A stretch of DNA of 64,000 nt from Candidatus Altiarchaeia archaeon (GCA_049299895.1 JBAQYF010000019.1:71709-135708), one strand, 5' to 3'. Shown: positions 19,221-28,338, counted from the stretch's first letter. Made by a program: numbers and translations. Notes: generated by a model from the sequence alone, not told the origin.

Positions 19221-20837
19221 TTATGCACCCTCTTTTTCAGGCAGCGCCTTTACGGCCTTGGACTTCTGCGCCCCAGACCGGGATAAGAATGACACGATGA
19301 GGCCCAGGGCAACGAGTGCCATCAGACCCTCCAGACCCATTATCAAAGGAGATACGCTCCCAGAGGATTGCCTGGCCGAATACTCCTGCCCTGAAAGAAC
19401 GTTCACATCGACGTCCGATAAAACGATCTGATCGACATTGCTGTTCGTCTCTTTATACTGCAGCCGGACCGTCAATGGGATCGTCCCGGACGACGCGTTT
19501 TTATTAACCGTTATCTCGTAGTCTTCTGTGACCGTCGCATCCGAACCAAGGTTCCCGACGTAGGATTCCGCAGGCAGGCTCACCGCATAGTTTTCCGTCG
19601 GCAGCAACCCGACGCTGAGGAACTTTACCTCGGCATAACCCTTGTTGACGACGCTTAAAGTGACGCGGCCCGTAGTCCCGGGGGCAAGGAGATCGCTCCT
19701 TTCCAGGAAGAGTTGCAACTCCGGCTTACCGTCCAGAGCAAGGCCGATGGTCTTCTTAACGGCGTACTTGACCCCTGCGGCATCGAAGTATTCTATCGTA
19801 AGAGGTATCTCGTAAGCCTTTACGTCGGCCTGCGAATCCACCAAAAGCCGGAAGGAAACGTCCTCCTTCCCGTGTTTTCCTATGTCCCCGATGAAGCGCT
19901 CGGACGAACCGATAGGAGTAAAGGGACTAGACAACTGGGCAGTAACGCTCACGTCATTTGCCTGCGCGCTTCCGAGGTTTTCCAGGGATACCGTGACGTT
20001 CACAGCAGTCCCCGGGCTTGCGCTCGTATACGAGACGTCCGATACCTTGAAGTCCGCATCGCTCCTCTGAACGTCGATACTCACGGGAAGATTCTCCTTC
20101 ATGGAATTCCCGGAGATATCCGAATAATCCATCAACAGGGAAAAAGAGCATACCCCAACATTAGAAGGCTTGATGTCATACTCCAGGCGGAAATCCTGCC
20201 CGCGGGAAACGTCCCCGACAAACACCTTGGACGAACCGATCACGGATGCGCACGCGGCCTGGGCCGGATCAGGGCCAAGCGTCGCAGAAACGCCCTTTGC
20301 CCCGTCCTGAGTCGAACCGGTGATGACCAATTTACCCGCGGAATCCTTGGAGAAAACATCCTTCACAACCGCTATCTGGAAGTTCGCACTCACATAGACC
20401 CTCACTGGAAAATCCCAGACAGTCTCCTGATCGTTCTCAAGCTTCCCTGAACTGTCATACCCGTCGTAATTGATCCTGACCTGTATGTTATGCAAGCCTA
20501 TGTACGCGTCCTTTGAAACGGTCAACGTCGAAGATACCGTCTTGATGGAGTAGGGCTCCATCTTCCCAAGATCCCACTTCTTATTGACCGCGATGCTCCC
20601 GGTCTCGGGAACAGACAACTGGACATCCTCTGCCGCCTGAGGCCCCACGTTCCTGATAACTATCTGCAGCACCCCGGAATCGCCAGGTTTCAGGTTCGAA
20701 TCCACGTGCGTCAGATCGTAGTCCAGCACGACGTTCGTCGGGCTGACGCTCTTATCATCGGCAGCATAAGCAGTCATGCTCGATAATACAAACAAGATCG
20801 CCAAAAATATTCCAAAAAAGTTCCGTTTATTTTCCAT
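19221..20837 (-). CDS. Secreted, C-terminally membrane-anchored beta-sandwich repeat surface protein (COG1361 / CARDB-like), paralog 1
   Basis: Signal peptide MENKRNFFGIFLAILFVLSSMTAYA. Repeated approximately 100-aa beta-rich units. C-terminal TM (LIMGLEGLMALVALGLIVSFL) plus a basic tail. Clear paralog of 24178-25749. Confidence 0.6.
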   Translation of the reverse strand: MENKRNFFGIFLAILFVLSSMTAYAADDKSVSPTNVVLDYDLTHVDSNLKPGDSGVLQIVIRNVGPQAAEDVQLSVPETGSIAVNKKWDLGKMEPYSIKTVSSTLTVSKDAYIGLHNIQVRINYDGYDSSGKLENDQETVWDFPVRVYVSANFQIAVVKDVFSKDSAGKLVITGSTQDGAKGVSATLGPDPAQAACASVIGSSKVFVGDVSRGQDFRLEYDIKPSNVGVCSFSLLMDYSDISGNSMKENLPVSIDVQRSDADFKVSDVSYTSASPGTAVNVTVSLENLGSAQANDVSVTAQLSSPFTPIGSSERFIGDIGKHGKEDVSFRLLVDSQADVKAYEIPLTIEYFDAAGVKYAVKKTIGLALDGKPELQLFLERSDLLAPGTTGRVTLSVVNKGYAEVKFLSVGLLPTENYAVSLPAESYVGNLGSDATVTEDYEITVNKNASSGTIPLTVRLQYKETNSNVDQIVLSDVDVNVLSGQEYSARQSSGSVSPLIMGLEGLMALVALGLIVSFLSRSGAQKSKAVKALPEKEGA

Positions 20838-20843
20838 TTTTAT

Positions 20844-20893
20844 AGTTCAACTGTAAAATAGTTCAATATTTGAACTGTTATTTAGTTGAACTA
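20844..20893. promoter_or_regulatory. Operator-like array of AGTTCAA(C/T) half-sites (four copies, two forming the palindrome AGTTCAAtatTTGAACT) in the promoter of the COG1361-marR-hlyD-MFS cluster
   Basis: Sequence tAGTTCAACtgtaaaatAGTTCAAtatTTGAACTgttatttAGTTGAACta lies immediately 5' of the 20837 start codon on the minus strand. Confidence 0.4.
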
Positions 20894-21072
20894 ATTATCC
20901 GCACTAGAAGTTTATAAATAAGAAAAAAAGATCAGATGGTTCACATAATATACCCATAACAGGTTTTATGCGAAGAAAACTTCGCATAAAAACTAGTTAT
21001 ATGAAATTTCAGTTTTGGCTTGTTTTCTTCTTTTTCCGGCGATATATATGCGAAAAAGCCGCTATTCCTATT

Positions 21073-21300
21073 ATGAGAGGCGATAAAATCCAAACCTTTA
21101 CGGCTGTCTTGCATAAAGAAGAAGACATGTATGTCGCCGAATGTCCCGAGGTTGGCACGGTCAGCCAGGGAGAGACCATAGAAGAGGCAGTAAGCAATCT
21201 TAAAGAAGCTACCGAGCTTTATCTCTGTGAATTTCCCCTAAAAGAAAAGACCAAGACCTTGATGACGACTTTCGAGGTCGCCTACAGTGCCAGCGCTTAG
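21073..21300 (+). CDS. hicB: HicB-family antitoxin (UPF0150 / RNase H-like fold)
   Basis: MRGDKIQTFTAVLHKEEDMYVAECPEVGTVSQGETIEEAVSNLKEATELYL is typical of HicB. It is immediately followed by the HicA toxin. The perfect palindrome TTATGCGAAGaaaaCTTCGCATAA at 20966-20989 lies about 85 bp upstream. Confidence 0.65.
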   Translation: MRGDKIQTFTAVLHKEEDMYVAECPEVGTVSQGETIEEAVSNLKEATELYLCEFPLKEKTKTLMTTFEVAYSASA

Positions 21301-21517
21301 AAAAGTTTCAGGAGAAAAGGCCATTAAGATTCTATGCAACAAACTGGGCTTCCAAGTAACAGGCAGAACAGGAAGCCACGTACGACTATCTAAAATGACA
21401 CCAGACGGAAAAATAGGAACCGTCGTACCCATGCACAACGAATTAAAGATCGGAACACTCAAAAGCGTACTAAAACTGGCGAAGATCGACGAAGAAGAAT
21501 TCTCAAAATATTTATAA
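21287..21517 (+). CDS. hicA: HicA-family mRNA interferase toxin (YcfA-like)
   Basis: 76 aa. ...KAIKILCNKLGFQVTGRTGSHVRLSK... is the HicA dsRBD-like motif. It overlaps the hicB stop. Confidence 0.7.
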   Translation: MPALRKVSGEKAIKILCNKLGFQVTGRTGSHVRLSKMTPDGKIGTVVPMHNELKIGTLKSVLKLAKIDEEEFSKYL

Positions 21518-21574
21518 GAAGCCAAAATCGAAACTCTCGCGAGCGCGCTCGGTGCTGATCGCACTCACATAACA

Positions 21575-21646
21575 CGCATTTAACGGCTCACTCGCTTCGC
21601 TCGTTCGGCCCAAATTCTGGCTACGGCCAGAACTTCGTTAAATGCG
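21575..21646. repeat. Intergenic repeat copy A (core GCTCGTTCGGCC...CAAATTC...CTTCG) bounded by a perfect 11-bp inverted repeat CGCATTTAACG / CGTTAAATGCG
   Basis: Direct reading. The inner arms ATTTAAC / GTTAAAT fit the RYYYAAC / GTTRRRY integron attC core consensus. An inner hairpin AATTCTGG-ctacgg-CCAGAACT is present. Confidence 0.5.
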
Positions 21647-21737
21647 GGACGTTATACGCAATTCAAAAATCCTGTCGTTTTCCGTCGACCGACGGTTTAT
21701 TAACTCGTAAGACCAATCTTATCATAGGTGATTTGAA

Positions 21738-22007
21738 ATGATAAACGTCGATTTTACCAAGATGAGCTCCAAAGGCCAGATAGTCATACCTCAGGAGATG
21801 AGAAAAGGGCTAGATGTTGGAGACCGGTTCATCATAATCCGCAGAGACAACGAGATCATATTGAAACCAGCAGACGATCTTGAAGAGAATTTCTTGGAAG
21901 ACCTAAATTTCGCAAAAAAGACCCTGGCGTCGCTCGATAAGTACGGCAAGGGCAAGTTCAAGGAGATTGAGGGCAAAGATTTCCTAAAAGAACTTGAGAA
22001 ATGGTAA
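21738..22007 (+). CDS. AbrB/MazE/SpoVT-type antitoxin
   Basis: The N-terminus (SKGQIVIPQEMRKGLDVGDRFIIIRRDNEIILKP) is a swapped-hairpin AbrB-type domain. Its stop overlaps the start of the RelE-like gene. Confidence 0.65.
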   Translation: MINVDFTKMSSKGQIVIPQEMRKGLDVGDRFIIIRRDNEIILKPADDLEENFLEDLNFAKKTLASLDKYGKGKFKEIEGKDFLKELEKW

Positions 22008-22249
22008 CAGTCGCGTACGACAAAAGGTTCGAGCGGACCATCAAAAAAATAAAAGACGAGGGACTAAAGGAAAGAGTTAAGAAGCAGATAGCAAAGGTGG
22101 TAGAAAACCCTGAAACGGGAAAACCGATGCGCTTCATCCGAAAAGACACACGAGAAGTATACGTTCCACCATTTCGTCTATCGTATGCATACCTGAAAGA
22201 AGAGGACAAAATAATATTCCTCGAATTATACCACAAAGACGAACAATAG
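22001..22249 (+). CDS. relE: RelE/ParE-family type II toxin
   Basis: 82 aa. ...PETGKPMRFIRKDTREVYVPPFRLSYAYLKEEDKIIFLELYHKDEQ is the RelE/StbE-like fold pattern. Paired with the upstream AbrB-type antitoxin. Confidence 0.65.
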   Translation: MVTVAYDKRFERTIKKIKDEGLKERVKKQIAKVVENPETGKPMRFIRKDTREVYVPPFRLSYAYLKEEDKIIFLELYHKDEQ

Positions 22250-22420
22250 GAACAGGATTTTTGAACTTCTCGTAGCCTACGGCTCCTCGACCTTTACAGG
22301 GCGCATAACAAAGGACGCTGTCTCATAATTCGGTTTTTTATCATTTTAATTTAAAAGGGTTTTTTAAGCCGTATAAACTGCAATTCGTAACGTGATTTTT
22401 AATTATGGGACAGCCTGAGG

Positions 22421-22487
22421 CATTTAAACGGCTCGTTCGGCCTGCGGCCTCACTTGGCTCAAATCCCCTTAGGGGACTTCGTTAAAT
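22421..22487. repeat. Intergenic repeat copy B (CATTTAAACGGCTCGTTCGGCC...GGCTCAAATCCCC...CTTCGTTAAAT)
   Basis: Shares GGCTCGTTCGGCC, a CAAATCC motif and CTTCGTTAAAT with copy A. Terminal ATTTAAAC / GTTAAAT is an imperfect inverted repeat. It lies directly 3' of the relE cassette. Confidence 0.5.
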
Positions 22488-22551
22488 CACATACATTATA
22501 TTCAATAAATCTGGAGCCCTCAGCATTCAGAAAAATATTTAATATCCAAAG

Positions 22552-23244
22552 TTGTATTATAAGATAAGATATATGATGGAAAATAAAAATTTGGGTAATA
22601 AGATTTTTCAGATCATACTAATTATCGAAGTAATTGCAGTCGCTTTGGTGATTATCTTTGATTTCTTTCTTCCGACATTGGTTATCCTTGCTCTGGCTGC
22701 TTTTTCCCTTTTAATTCGTAAAGAAAACATTAAAGCGCTCGGGTTCAAAAAAATAGACAAGCCATTAAAAATGGTTGGAACTATATTTCTGCTCTCTCTT
22801 ATATGGTCGGTTATCTTGTTGGCATTTATTATGCCGGTTCTTAATCATTTACTTGGAACGACACAGGACTTATCTGCTTTTGAAGACCTGAAAGGCAATA
22901 TTGGAAAACTGATCCCTCTTTTGTTGCTTTCATGGACCCTGGCAGCCTTAGGTGAAGAGACTGCGTATAGGGGTTATCTGCAAAAAATTCTTTATGATCT
23001 TTTTGGAAAAAATAAAATAGGAATTGTTTTAACAATCGCAATCTCTTCGATTCTATTTGGTCTTGCACATACCGAACAAGGCATTATCGGAGTTGTTTTA
23101 ACTACATTTGATGCGGTCATTCTCAGCTTGGTGAAGAGGCATTATAATGACAATTTATGGGCACCAGTATTTTTTCATGGGATAAACAACACTGTCGGTA
23201 TGATAACCTTCTTTTTTATTGGACCAATTTATGGATTTTGGTGA
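22552..23244 (+). CDS. CPBP-family intramembrane metalloprotease (CAAX protease / Abi domain)
   Basis: The EExxxR (EETAYRG), FxxxH (LFGLAHTEQG) and FFHGINN motifs of the CPBP family are present, across 6-7 TM helices. Confidence 0.75.
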   Translation: MYYKIRYMMENKNLGNKIFQIILIIEVIAVALVIIFDFFLPTLVILALAAFSLLIRKENIKALGFKKIDKPLKMVGTIFLLSLIWSVILLAFIMPVLNHLLGTTQDLSAFEDLKGNIGKLIPLLLLSWTLAALGEETAYRGYLQKILYDLFGKNKIGIVLTIAISSILFGLAHTEQGIIGVVLTTFDAVILSLVKRHYNDNLWAPVFFHGINNTVGMITFFFIGPIYGFW

Positions 23245-23342
23245 TAATTTAAACTATTGAAGAGTTCCGGGCTCCAGATTTACTCTGAAATTTCCCTTCA
23301 GGACGTTGCACTAAATTTCAGCCTGCAGGGAATAAAACAGCG

Positions 23343-23410
23343 AGTTGAACGGCTCGTTCGGCTGCGCTTCGCTCGGTCCAAATCCTCGCTTCGGTCGGAC
23401 TACGCATAAT
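23343..23410. repeat. Intergenic repeat copy C (GAGTTGAACGGCTCGTTCGGCTGCGCTTCGCTCGGTCCAAATCCTCGCTTCGGTCGGAC)
   Basis: Shares AACGGCTCGTTCGGC, CCAAATCC and CTTCGG with copies A and B. The right end is degenerate. It lies directly 3' of the CPBP gene. Confidence 0.45.
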
Positions 23411-23485
23411 CCGGTATGTTTAGCGCAATATAAGCACTGCCCAAAAGAAATGTTTATATATTTATTAAAAAACTAATTCATTATC

Positions 23486-23752
23486 ATGAAACTTAATGAC
23501 CAGACGATTATTTCCCTTGTTGCGGGAGCTTGTTTGCTTGGTTTAGTCGTAGTTCTTAAAAATGTGTTATTGATTACGCCGGAGATCTTATCAAGAGACG
23601 TTATCCTTTATATTATCTGCTATACCGGTTTCATAGCTTCTTTTTCTGCAAAAGATAAAACTAAAAAACAATTCAAACAGGATACGCCTTTATTCTGGAG
23701 CATATTGATCGTACTGATAACGCTGGCAATTATTGCGGTGTATGCTTTATAG
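23486..23752 (+). CDS. Small membrane protein (3 TM), hypothetical
   Basis: 88-aa ORF with three hydrophobic helices. It is the last + strand unit before the strand switch. Confidence 0.35.
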   Translation: MKLNDQTIISLVAGACLLGLVVVLKNVLLITPEILSRDVILYIICYTGFIASFSAKDKTKKQFKQDTPLFWSILIVLITLAIIAVYAL

Positions 23753-24181
23753 ACCGGACGGGCTTGCATCTTCCTCCTTCTGGAACAGGGTCAGCCCTTG
23801 GTCGCAGCTTTTGACCGAGATGTTCTTTACAAGGCAGAGCAGGCGCTCTTTTACTTCCAGCAGGAATTCCTCCCCTTTGGAAGTGAGTGCGTAGGTCTTC
23901 TTCCCGGGTTTTCCTTCGGTATACGCCCATTCGCCTTTTATGTATTCCTTGTCTTCGAGCCACTGGAGGACGGGATATATCTTTCCCGGGCTTATTTTGA
24001 CGTTGTATGTCTTCTCAAAGAACTTGATTATGTCGTAGCCGTGGGTGTGGCCCTTCGAGATCAGGGAGAGGCACTGCACTATGGCAAAGGATTTCAGGAA
24101 GTGCTCGTCTATCCACGCAAGCAGGGATCCTTCGTCGATCCCGGCGCATTCACCGCCTTTTGAAGCTGCCGGTTCTTTCAT
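23747..24181 (-). CDS. PadR-family transcriptional regulator
   Basis: PadR winged helix (...YDIIKFFEKTYNVKISPGKIYPVLQWLEDKEYIKGEW...). 4-bp overlap with the upstream COG1361 gene. Confidence 0.8.
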   Translation of the reverse strand: MKEPAASKGGECAGIDEGSLLAWIDEHFLKSFAIVQCLSLISKGHTHGYDIIKFFEKTYNVKISPGKIYPVLQWLEDKEYIKGEWAYTEGKPGKKTYALTSKGEEFLLEVKERLLCLVKNISVKSCDQGLTLFQKEEDASPSGL

Positions 24182-25749
24182 TCCTCTTTATCTTTGTTCT
24201 TTTTCTTGCCTTTGGTTAGAGTATATGCGCCTAGCAATAAAACCAAAACAATAACCCCTGCAAGGACATACGTCATAGTGTTGCCGCTTTCTCCTGCCTG
24301 GACGCTTACTCGCGCAGTCTTGGAGAATACGAGCACTACGCCGTCTTTCGTGCAGCGTATCTCGACAGGAAGGAGGTATTCCTTGACCTTCGCATCGCCG
24401 TCTACTGTGAAACGGATCACTGCGTCTCCTTTCTCGCCCTTGTCCAGGTCGCCTATGTATTCGCTTTTGTCGACGAATTCAAAGGGCTGCTCGCTCTTTT
24501 TCAGGATCCATACTGTCACTGAATCGCATTTGCTTCCCTTGTTTTCTACGTTCACCCGGAGTTCCGCGGAGGCTCCCGCCTTTGCCTGCGTGACCTCTGA
24601 GGACAGGTTGAAGTCCGGGTAGTCCATGACGTCTACTGGAACAATTATCGAAGCATTCTTGTCCGCGTTGTCCGTCTCGTAGCTCAGGGAGAATACCTGC
24701 CCGGTTCTTGCAGGCACTGCGTCCTTGTTTATGTTCGCGTAAAAGGACATTATGCTGTTTGCCCCGGATTTTATCGTTCCAAGATCCTGGGCCTGGACAT
24801 ATGATTTGCTGTTCTCGAAGGGCGCCTGGGGAACATAGACCACGCGCACGTTCTTTATGTCCGTCGTTCCCTGGTTGTCTATCTTGATCTTCAATTGGAC
24901 GTCTGCGTCGCCTGCATGTATCTCTTTTGGGTCGGTCTCGGAAACGGTTATCGATATCTTCGTGTCTCCGACGACTTGCAGCCCAAGAGGCAGGGTCGCG
25001 CTTGCAGGGTTGTGGTTCTTGTCCTTGTAGCTTATGCTCAAGGGGAGAGAGTATGCGCCTGTCGGCAGGCTCTTGTCCAGGTATACCGCGTACTCCAATT
25101 CCTTTTTGCCCCCTGACGCGATATCCCCGAGGAACTGTTTCTCTGAGCCTATCACTTTGATGAGGGCGCTGCCGGTTCCAAGCTGGCCTTCGGAGTCATA
25201 CGCCTCCGCTATTCCCATGTTCTTTATCCTGACTTTGAGGCTTATCGTATCCCCGGGCCGGGGAACGGCATTTGTATTTATTGCTTCGACCACGAATATT
25301 GATTCGCCTTTGACGTTGACGTTTATCTCCCATGCATCGCTCTTGTCGTTCTCCGCTTTTCCGCGCACGTTGTAGCCGTCGTAGGCGGCGGTTACCCGGA
25401 TTGTGTGCAGGCCGATCTGCGCGTTGTCTGCGATGTTGAATTTAGTGGATATGGTTTTGACTTCCCCGGGGAGCATCGTACCCACGTATTCTCTTTTGGA
25501 TATTTTTATGTCTCCTGCGTCGGGTATGTATATCTCCACGTGTTCGGCATTCTGTCCGCCTATGTTCTTTATGACCAACGACATCACTCCCGAGTCTCCG
25601 GGCTGCAGGTTCGTCTGTATCTGGCTGAGCGTGTAGTCCAGCGCGAGCTTCGTCTCGGTCACCGACTGCGCGTATCCCGCAGATACAAAAAGCATCAACA
25701 ATACGCCGTAGAGCATTATCTTTCCCGTTGTTTTATCCGTCTTATCCAT
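24178..25749 (-). CDS. Secreted, C-terminally anchored beta-sandwich repeat surface protein (COG1361 / CARDB-like), paralog 2
   Basis: Signal peptide and C-terminal TM plus a lysine-rich tail. Alignable to paralog 1 (LDYTLSQIQTNLQPGDSGVMSLVIKNIGGQNAEHVEIYIPDAGDI versus LDYDLTHVDSNLKPGDSGVLQIVIRNVGPQAAEDVQLSVPETGSI). Confidence 0.6.
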   Translation of the reverse strand: MDKTDKTTGKIMLYGVLLMLFVSAGYAQSVTETKLALDYTLSQIQTNLQPGDSGVMSLVIKNIGGQNAEHVEIYIPDAGDIKISKREYVGTMLPGEVKTISTKFNIADNAQIGLHTIRVTAAYDGYNVRGKAENDKSDAWEINVNVKGESIFVVEAINTNAVPRPGDTISLKVRIKNMGIAEAYDSEGQLGTGSALIKVIGSEKQFLGDIASGGKKELEYAVYLDKSLPTGAYSLPLSISYKDKNHNPASATLPLGLQVVGDTKISITVSETDPKEIHAGDADVQLKIKIDNQGTTDIKNVRVVYVPQAPFENSKSYVQAQDLGTIKSGANSIMSFYANINKDAVPARTGQVFSLSYETDNADKNASIIVPVDVMDYPDFNLSSEVTQAKAGASAELRVNVENKGSKCDSVTVWILKKSEQPFEFVDKSEYIGDLDKGEKGDAVIRFTVDGDAKVKEYLLPVEIRCTKDGVVLVFSKTARVSVQAGESGNTMTYVLAGVIVLVLLLGAYTLTKGKKKNKDKEE

Positions 25750-26884
25750 TTTGTTTCACCGATTTTTTTGAATTAAAATATTTTTCGAATATTACAAGGA
25801 GCGAAGGAACAATCGTCATCGCCGCAACCATGCACAGGAAGACCCCGAGGGACATTATCGTGCCCATCTCGGCCATCATCGTAAGCCTTCCAAGGGACAT
25901 CGCACGGAAACCGATGAGCGCTGCTATCGTCGTCGTAAGCATGGGGACCGTGACCCCGCATATGGTCGCAACCATCGCTTCGTCGTAACGGCCTCTCTTG
26001 AGCTCCTGGCGGAATCTTGCGACTATCTGTATCCCGAAGTCTATCCCTATCCCCATTATCATAGAGAGGACGCCTGCGCTCATAGAACTCATGGTCATGT
26101 GGAAGGTTCCAAGTATGCCGAAAGTCCAGACGTTCCCGAACAATATTGCCATCAGGGATATGCCGCTGTATTTGATCGATCTGAAGAGCAATAATATGAC
26201 GAATATTATCCCTATCAGGGAGTACGTGGAGGTTCTTTCCATGTCGGGCATCGTCTTTTCCTGCATTACAACGGTTGTTGCAAAGCTTCCCGTGACCTCT
26301 GCCTTTATTCCCGCGGGAACAGGCGTCTCCTCCAGTACGTCGTTTACTTCATCCATCAGTTTCTCTTCGTCTGCGCCGTCCGTCAGCCCGAATCTGACCA
26401 ATGCCATATCATAGTCTTTGCTTATGTAAGTCTGCGTCTGAGTTGTTGCGGAGAGCAGTGATTCGATAGTTTTTCTCTCCTGGGGGATCCTTCCGTCACT
26501 GGAGGACTTCAGGAGGTCTGCCGCGCTTTTCGAGCTGGATACCCCGTCCAGTTTGAAAATCTTCTGCGATAGTACGTCCATGTACGAAATGACCCTGTAG
26601 TCTCTTACGTCGCGCGCTTCGTCGGAGCCGTTCTCTTTCGGGTCTATCTGCACAACTATCATCCCGGAGTCTGTTCCGCCGAATTCCCCCTCAAGGTAAT
26701 CCATCGCTTCGACTACTTCTACGCCTTTCGGGAGCAATGTCTTTGTCTCCATCGACGTCATCGTAAGATTCGATACCTGGGTCGATACCGCAAGCGTGAA
26801 GACGAGCATTATTGCGATTATCAGGAACGGGCGATTTGTGATGAGCCGCCCGTACCACGTCAGGATGTCTTTTACAACGCTCAT
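25742..26884 (-). CDS. MMPL/RND-superfamily half-transporter (6 TM plus extracytoplasmic loop), subunit 2
   Basis: 380 aa. N-terminal TM, a large loop, then a 5-TM bundle with RND/MMPL-like glycine-rich helices. Overlaps neighbours by 4-8 bp, so translation is probably coupled. Confidence 0.7.
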   Translation of the reverse strand: MSVVKDILTWYGRLITNRPFLIIAIMLVFTLAVSTQVSNLTMTSMETKTLLPKGVEVVEAMDYLEGEFGGTDSGMIVVQIDPKENGSDEARDVRDYRVISYMDVLSQKIFKLDGVSSSKSAADLLKSSSDGRIPQERKTIESLLSATTQTQTYISKDYDMALVRFGLTDGADEEKLMDEVNDVLEETPVPAGIKAEVTGSFATTVVMQEKTMPDMERTSTYSLIGIIFVILLLFRSIKYSGISLMAILFGNVWTFGILGTFHMTMSSMSAGVLSMIMGIGIDFGIQIVARFRQELKRGRYDEAMVATICGVTVPMLTTTIAALIGFRAMSLGRLTMMAEMGTIMSLGVFLCMVAAMTIVPSLLVIFEKYFNSKKSVKQNG

Positions 26885-28062
26885 TTTGTCGCCTCCTTAT
26901 GTTTCCTGATCCTGTGGTCCAATTCTTTGTGCTTTCTTACGTCCAGATAGTGCATCACGTTTTCGTGCACCACCATAAGCGCGGGGTTTAATCCGATCGC
27001 TGCGACTACGCAGTAGAATATCCCTATTGCAAGGGTTGCGCCCAGGTGCTGGAGCATCGGCATGGATGCGAGCATGAGTGCCAGGAACCCCATTATCACT
27101 GTCGACGAAGAGCCGATTATAGCGCCTCCGACTTCTTTCATCGCAAGCCTCATCGATTTTATCTGCGCGTATCCCTTCTCTCTTTCCTCGTTGTATCTTT
27201 CTATGTAGAAGACGCTGTATTCGACTCCCAGCCCAAGGATCATCGCGCCGACCCCGACTGTTGCTATCGAGAGCGCTATGTTAAGCCATCCCATCGTTCC
27301 CATCGTCCATATCAGGCCGAATACGAGGGGTGCGAATACAACGACTCCGTCGCTTCTGGGATTGCTGATAATCAGGAGAACTATAAGTATCGAAAGCGCC
27401 GCAAGGCATATCGTGAATACGGCGTCGCTTTGCAGAGTATCCATCAGGACCACTCGTATCGGCGGCATGCCGGTCAGTTGGACCTTTACCCCCGGAGGCA
27501 CGGGCGATGAATCGATGTCTTTTCGGATGGCTTCTTCAAGGTTCCTGACGGTCTGTTCCTGGCTTCCGAGGTTGGCATTTACCTGGATTATCGTTGCGCT
27601 GTAGTCTTTATTGAATGCGCTTTTTGATTCCGGCACCCTGTCCAGGATGGCCCGTACGCCGGCTGACGTCTGGGGTATGCCCGTTTGTTTGAATATCTGC
27701 GCAAGAGAGTTTACGCTGTCCACTGAGTTCTCGCTTCCTATCTGGTCGCCGAGTTCGGTTATAAGTTTTATCACCCTCGGGTCGCGTATGTCCTGCACTG
27801 CGTCTTTCTGCGTTGCAGAATGGTCTAGACTGATCACCACTATAACTACGTCGTAGCCGCCGAAGGTCTCGCTCACTTTATCCTGGAGCTTCATAATCGG
27901 CATGTCCTTGGGCATCTCTTTGGCCAGGTCCGTTTCCATGCGGATGTTTCCTACCCCCATGCCCAGGAGTAAAGTCAATACCAGAGCCACTATGACTATT
28001 GCATTGGCGTGCCTGCCCTGGAATTCGCCGATCCCTTCTAGCATATCTTCAAAGCCCGACAT
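26881..28062 (-). CDS. MMPL/RND-superfamily half-transporter, subunit 1
   Basis: 393 aa with the same topology. Together the two genes resemble a split 12-TM RND/MMPL exporter. Confidence 0.7.
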   Translation of the reverse strand: MSGFEDMLEGIGEFQGRHANAIVIVALVLTLLLGMGVGNIRMETDLAKEMPKDMPIMKLQDKVSETFGGYDVVIVVISLDHSATQKDAVQDIRDPRVIKLITELGDQIGSENSVDSVNSLAQIFKQTGIPQTSAGVRAILDRVPESKSAFNKDYSATIIQVNANLGSQEQTVRNLEEAIRKDIDSSPVPPGVKVQLTGMPPIRVVLMDTLQSDAVFTICLAALSILIVLLIISNPRSDGVVVFAPLVFGLIWTMGTMGWLNIALSIATVGVGAMILGLGVEYSVFYIERYNEEREKGYAQIKSMRLAMKEVGGAIIGSSSTVIMGFLALMLASMPMLQHLGATLAIGIFYCVVAAIGLNPALMVVHENVMHYLDVRKHKELDHRIRKHKEATK

Positions 28063-28338
28063 TTTGAATAGGAATTATCATAGACTATGTAAATAAAAAT
28101 AGTATATCAGATTTTGATATATATTGTTTTTTAAAGTAACGATTGAGAAATGAGGGCATATGCGCCAGTTGCCACTCCCGGGGGAATGCCAACACATTCG
28201 CAAAAAACTGAGGACTTAATTCCAGAATTCAGACGCGCTTACCTATCAGGCCGGTTTATCGTTTATTCAATAACAGCTCTCAAAATTCAACGTCTACCCA
28301 TCCCCCAAATTTACTGCCTACTTCTTTGAACCGGGCAA

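Noticed and set aside
21575-23410. tRNA genes, suggested by the GGyyCAAATCC T-loop-like words in the three repeats
   Set aside because: No acceptor, D or anticodon arms can be drawn and the T-stem flanks are not complementary. At most these are tRNA-derived remnants. They are kept as an alternative explanation in the cassette-array finding.
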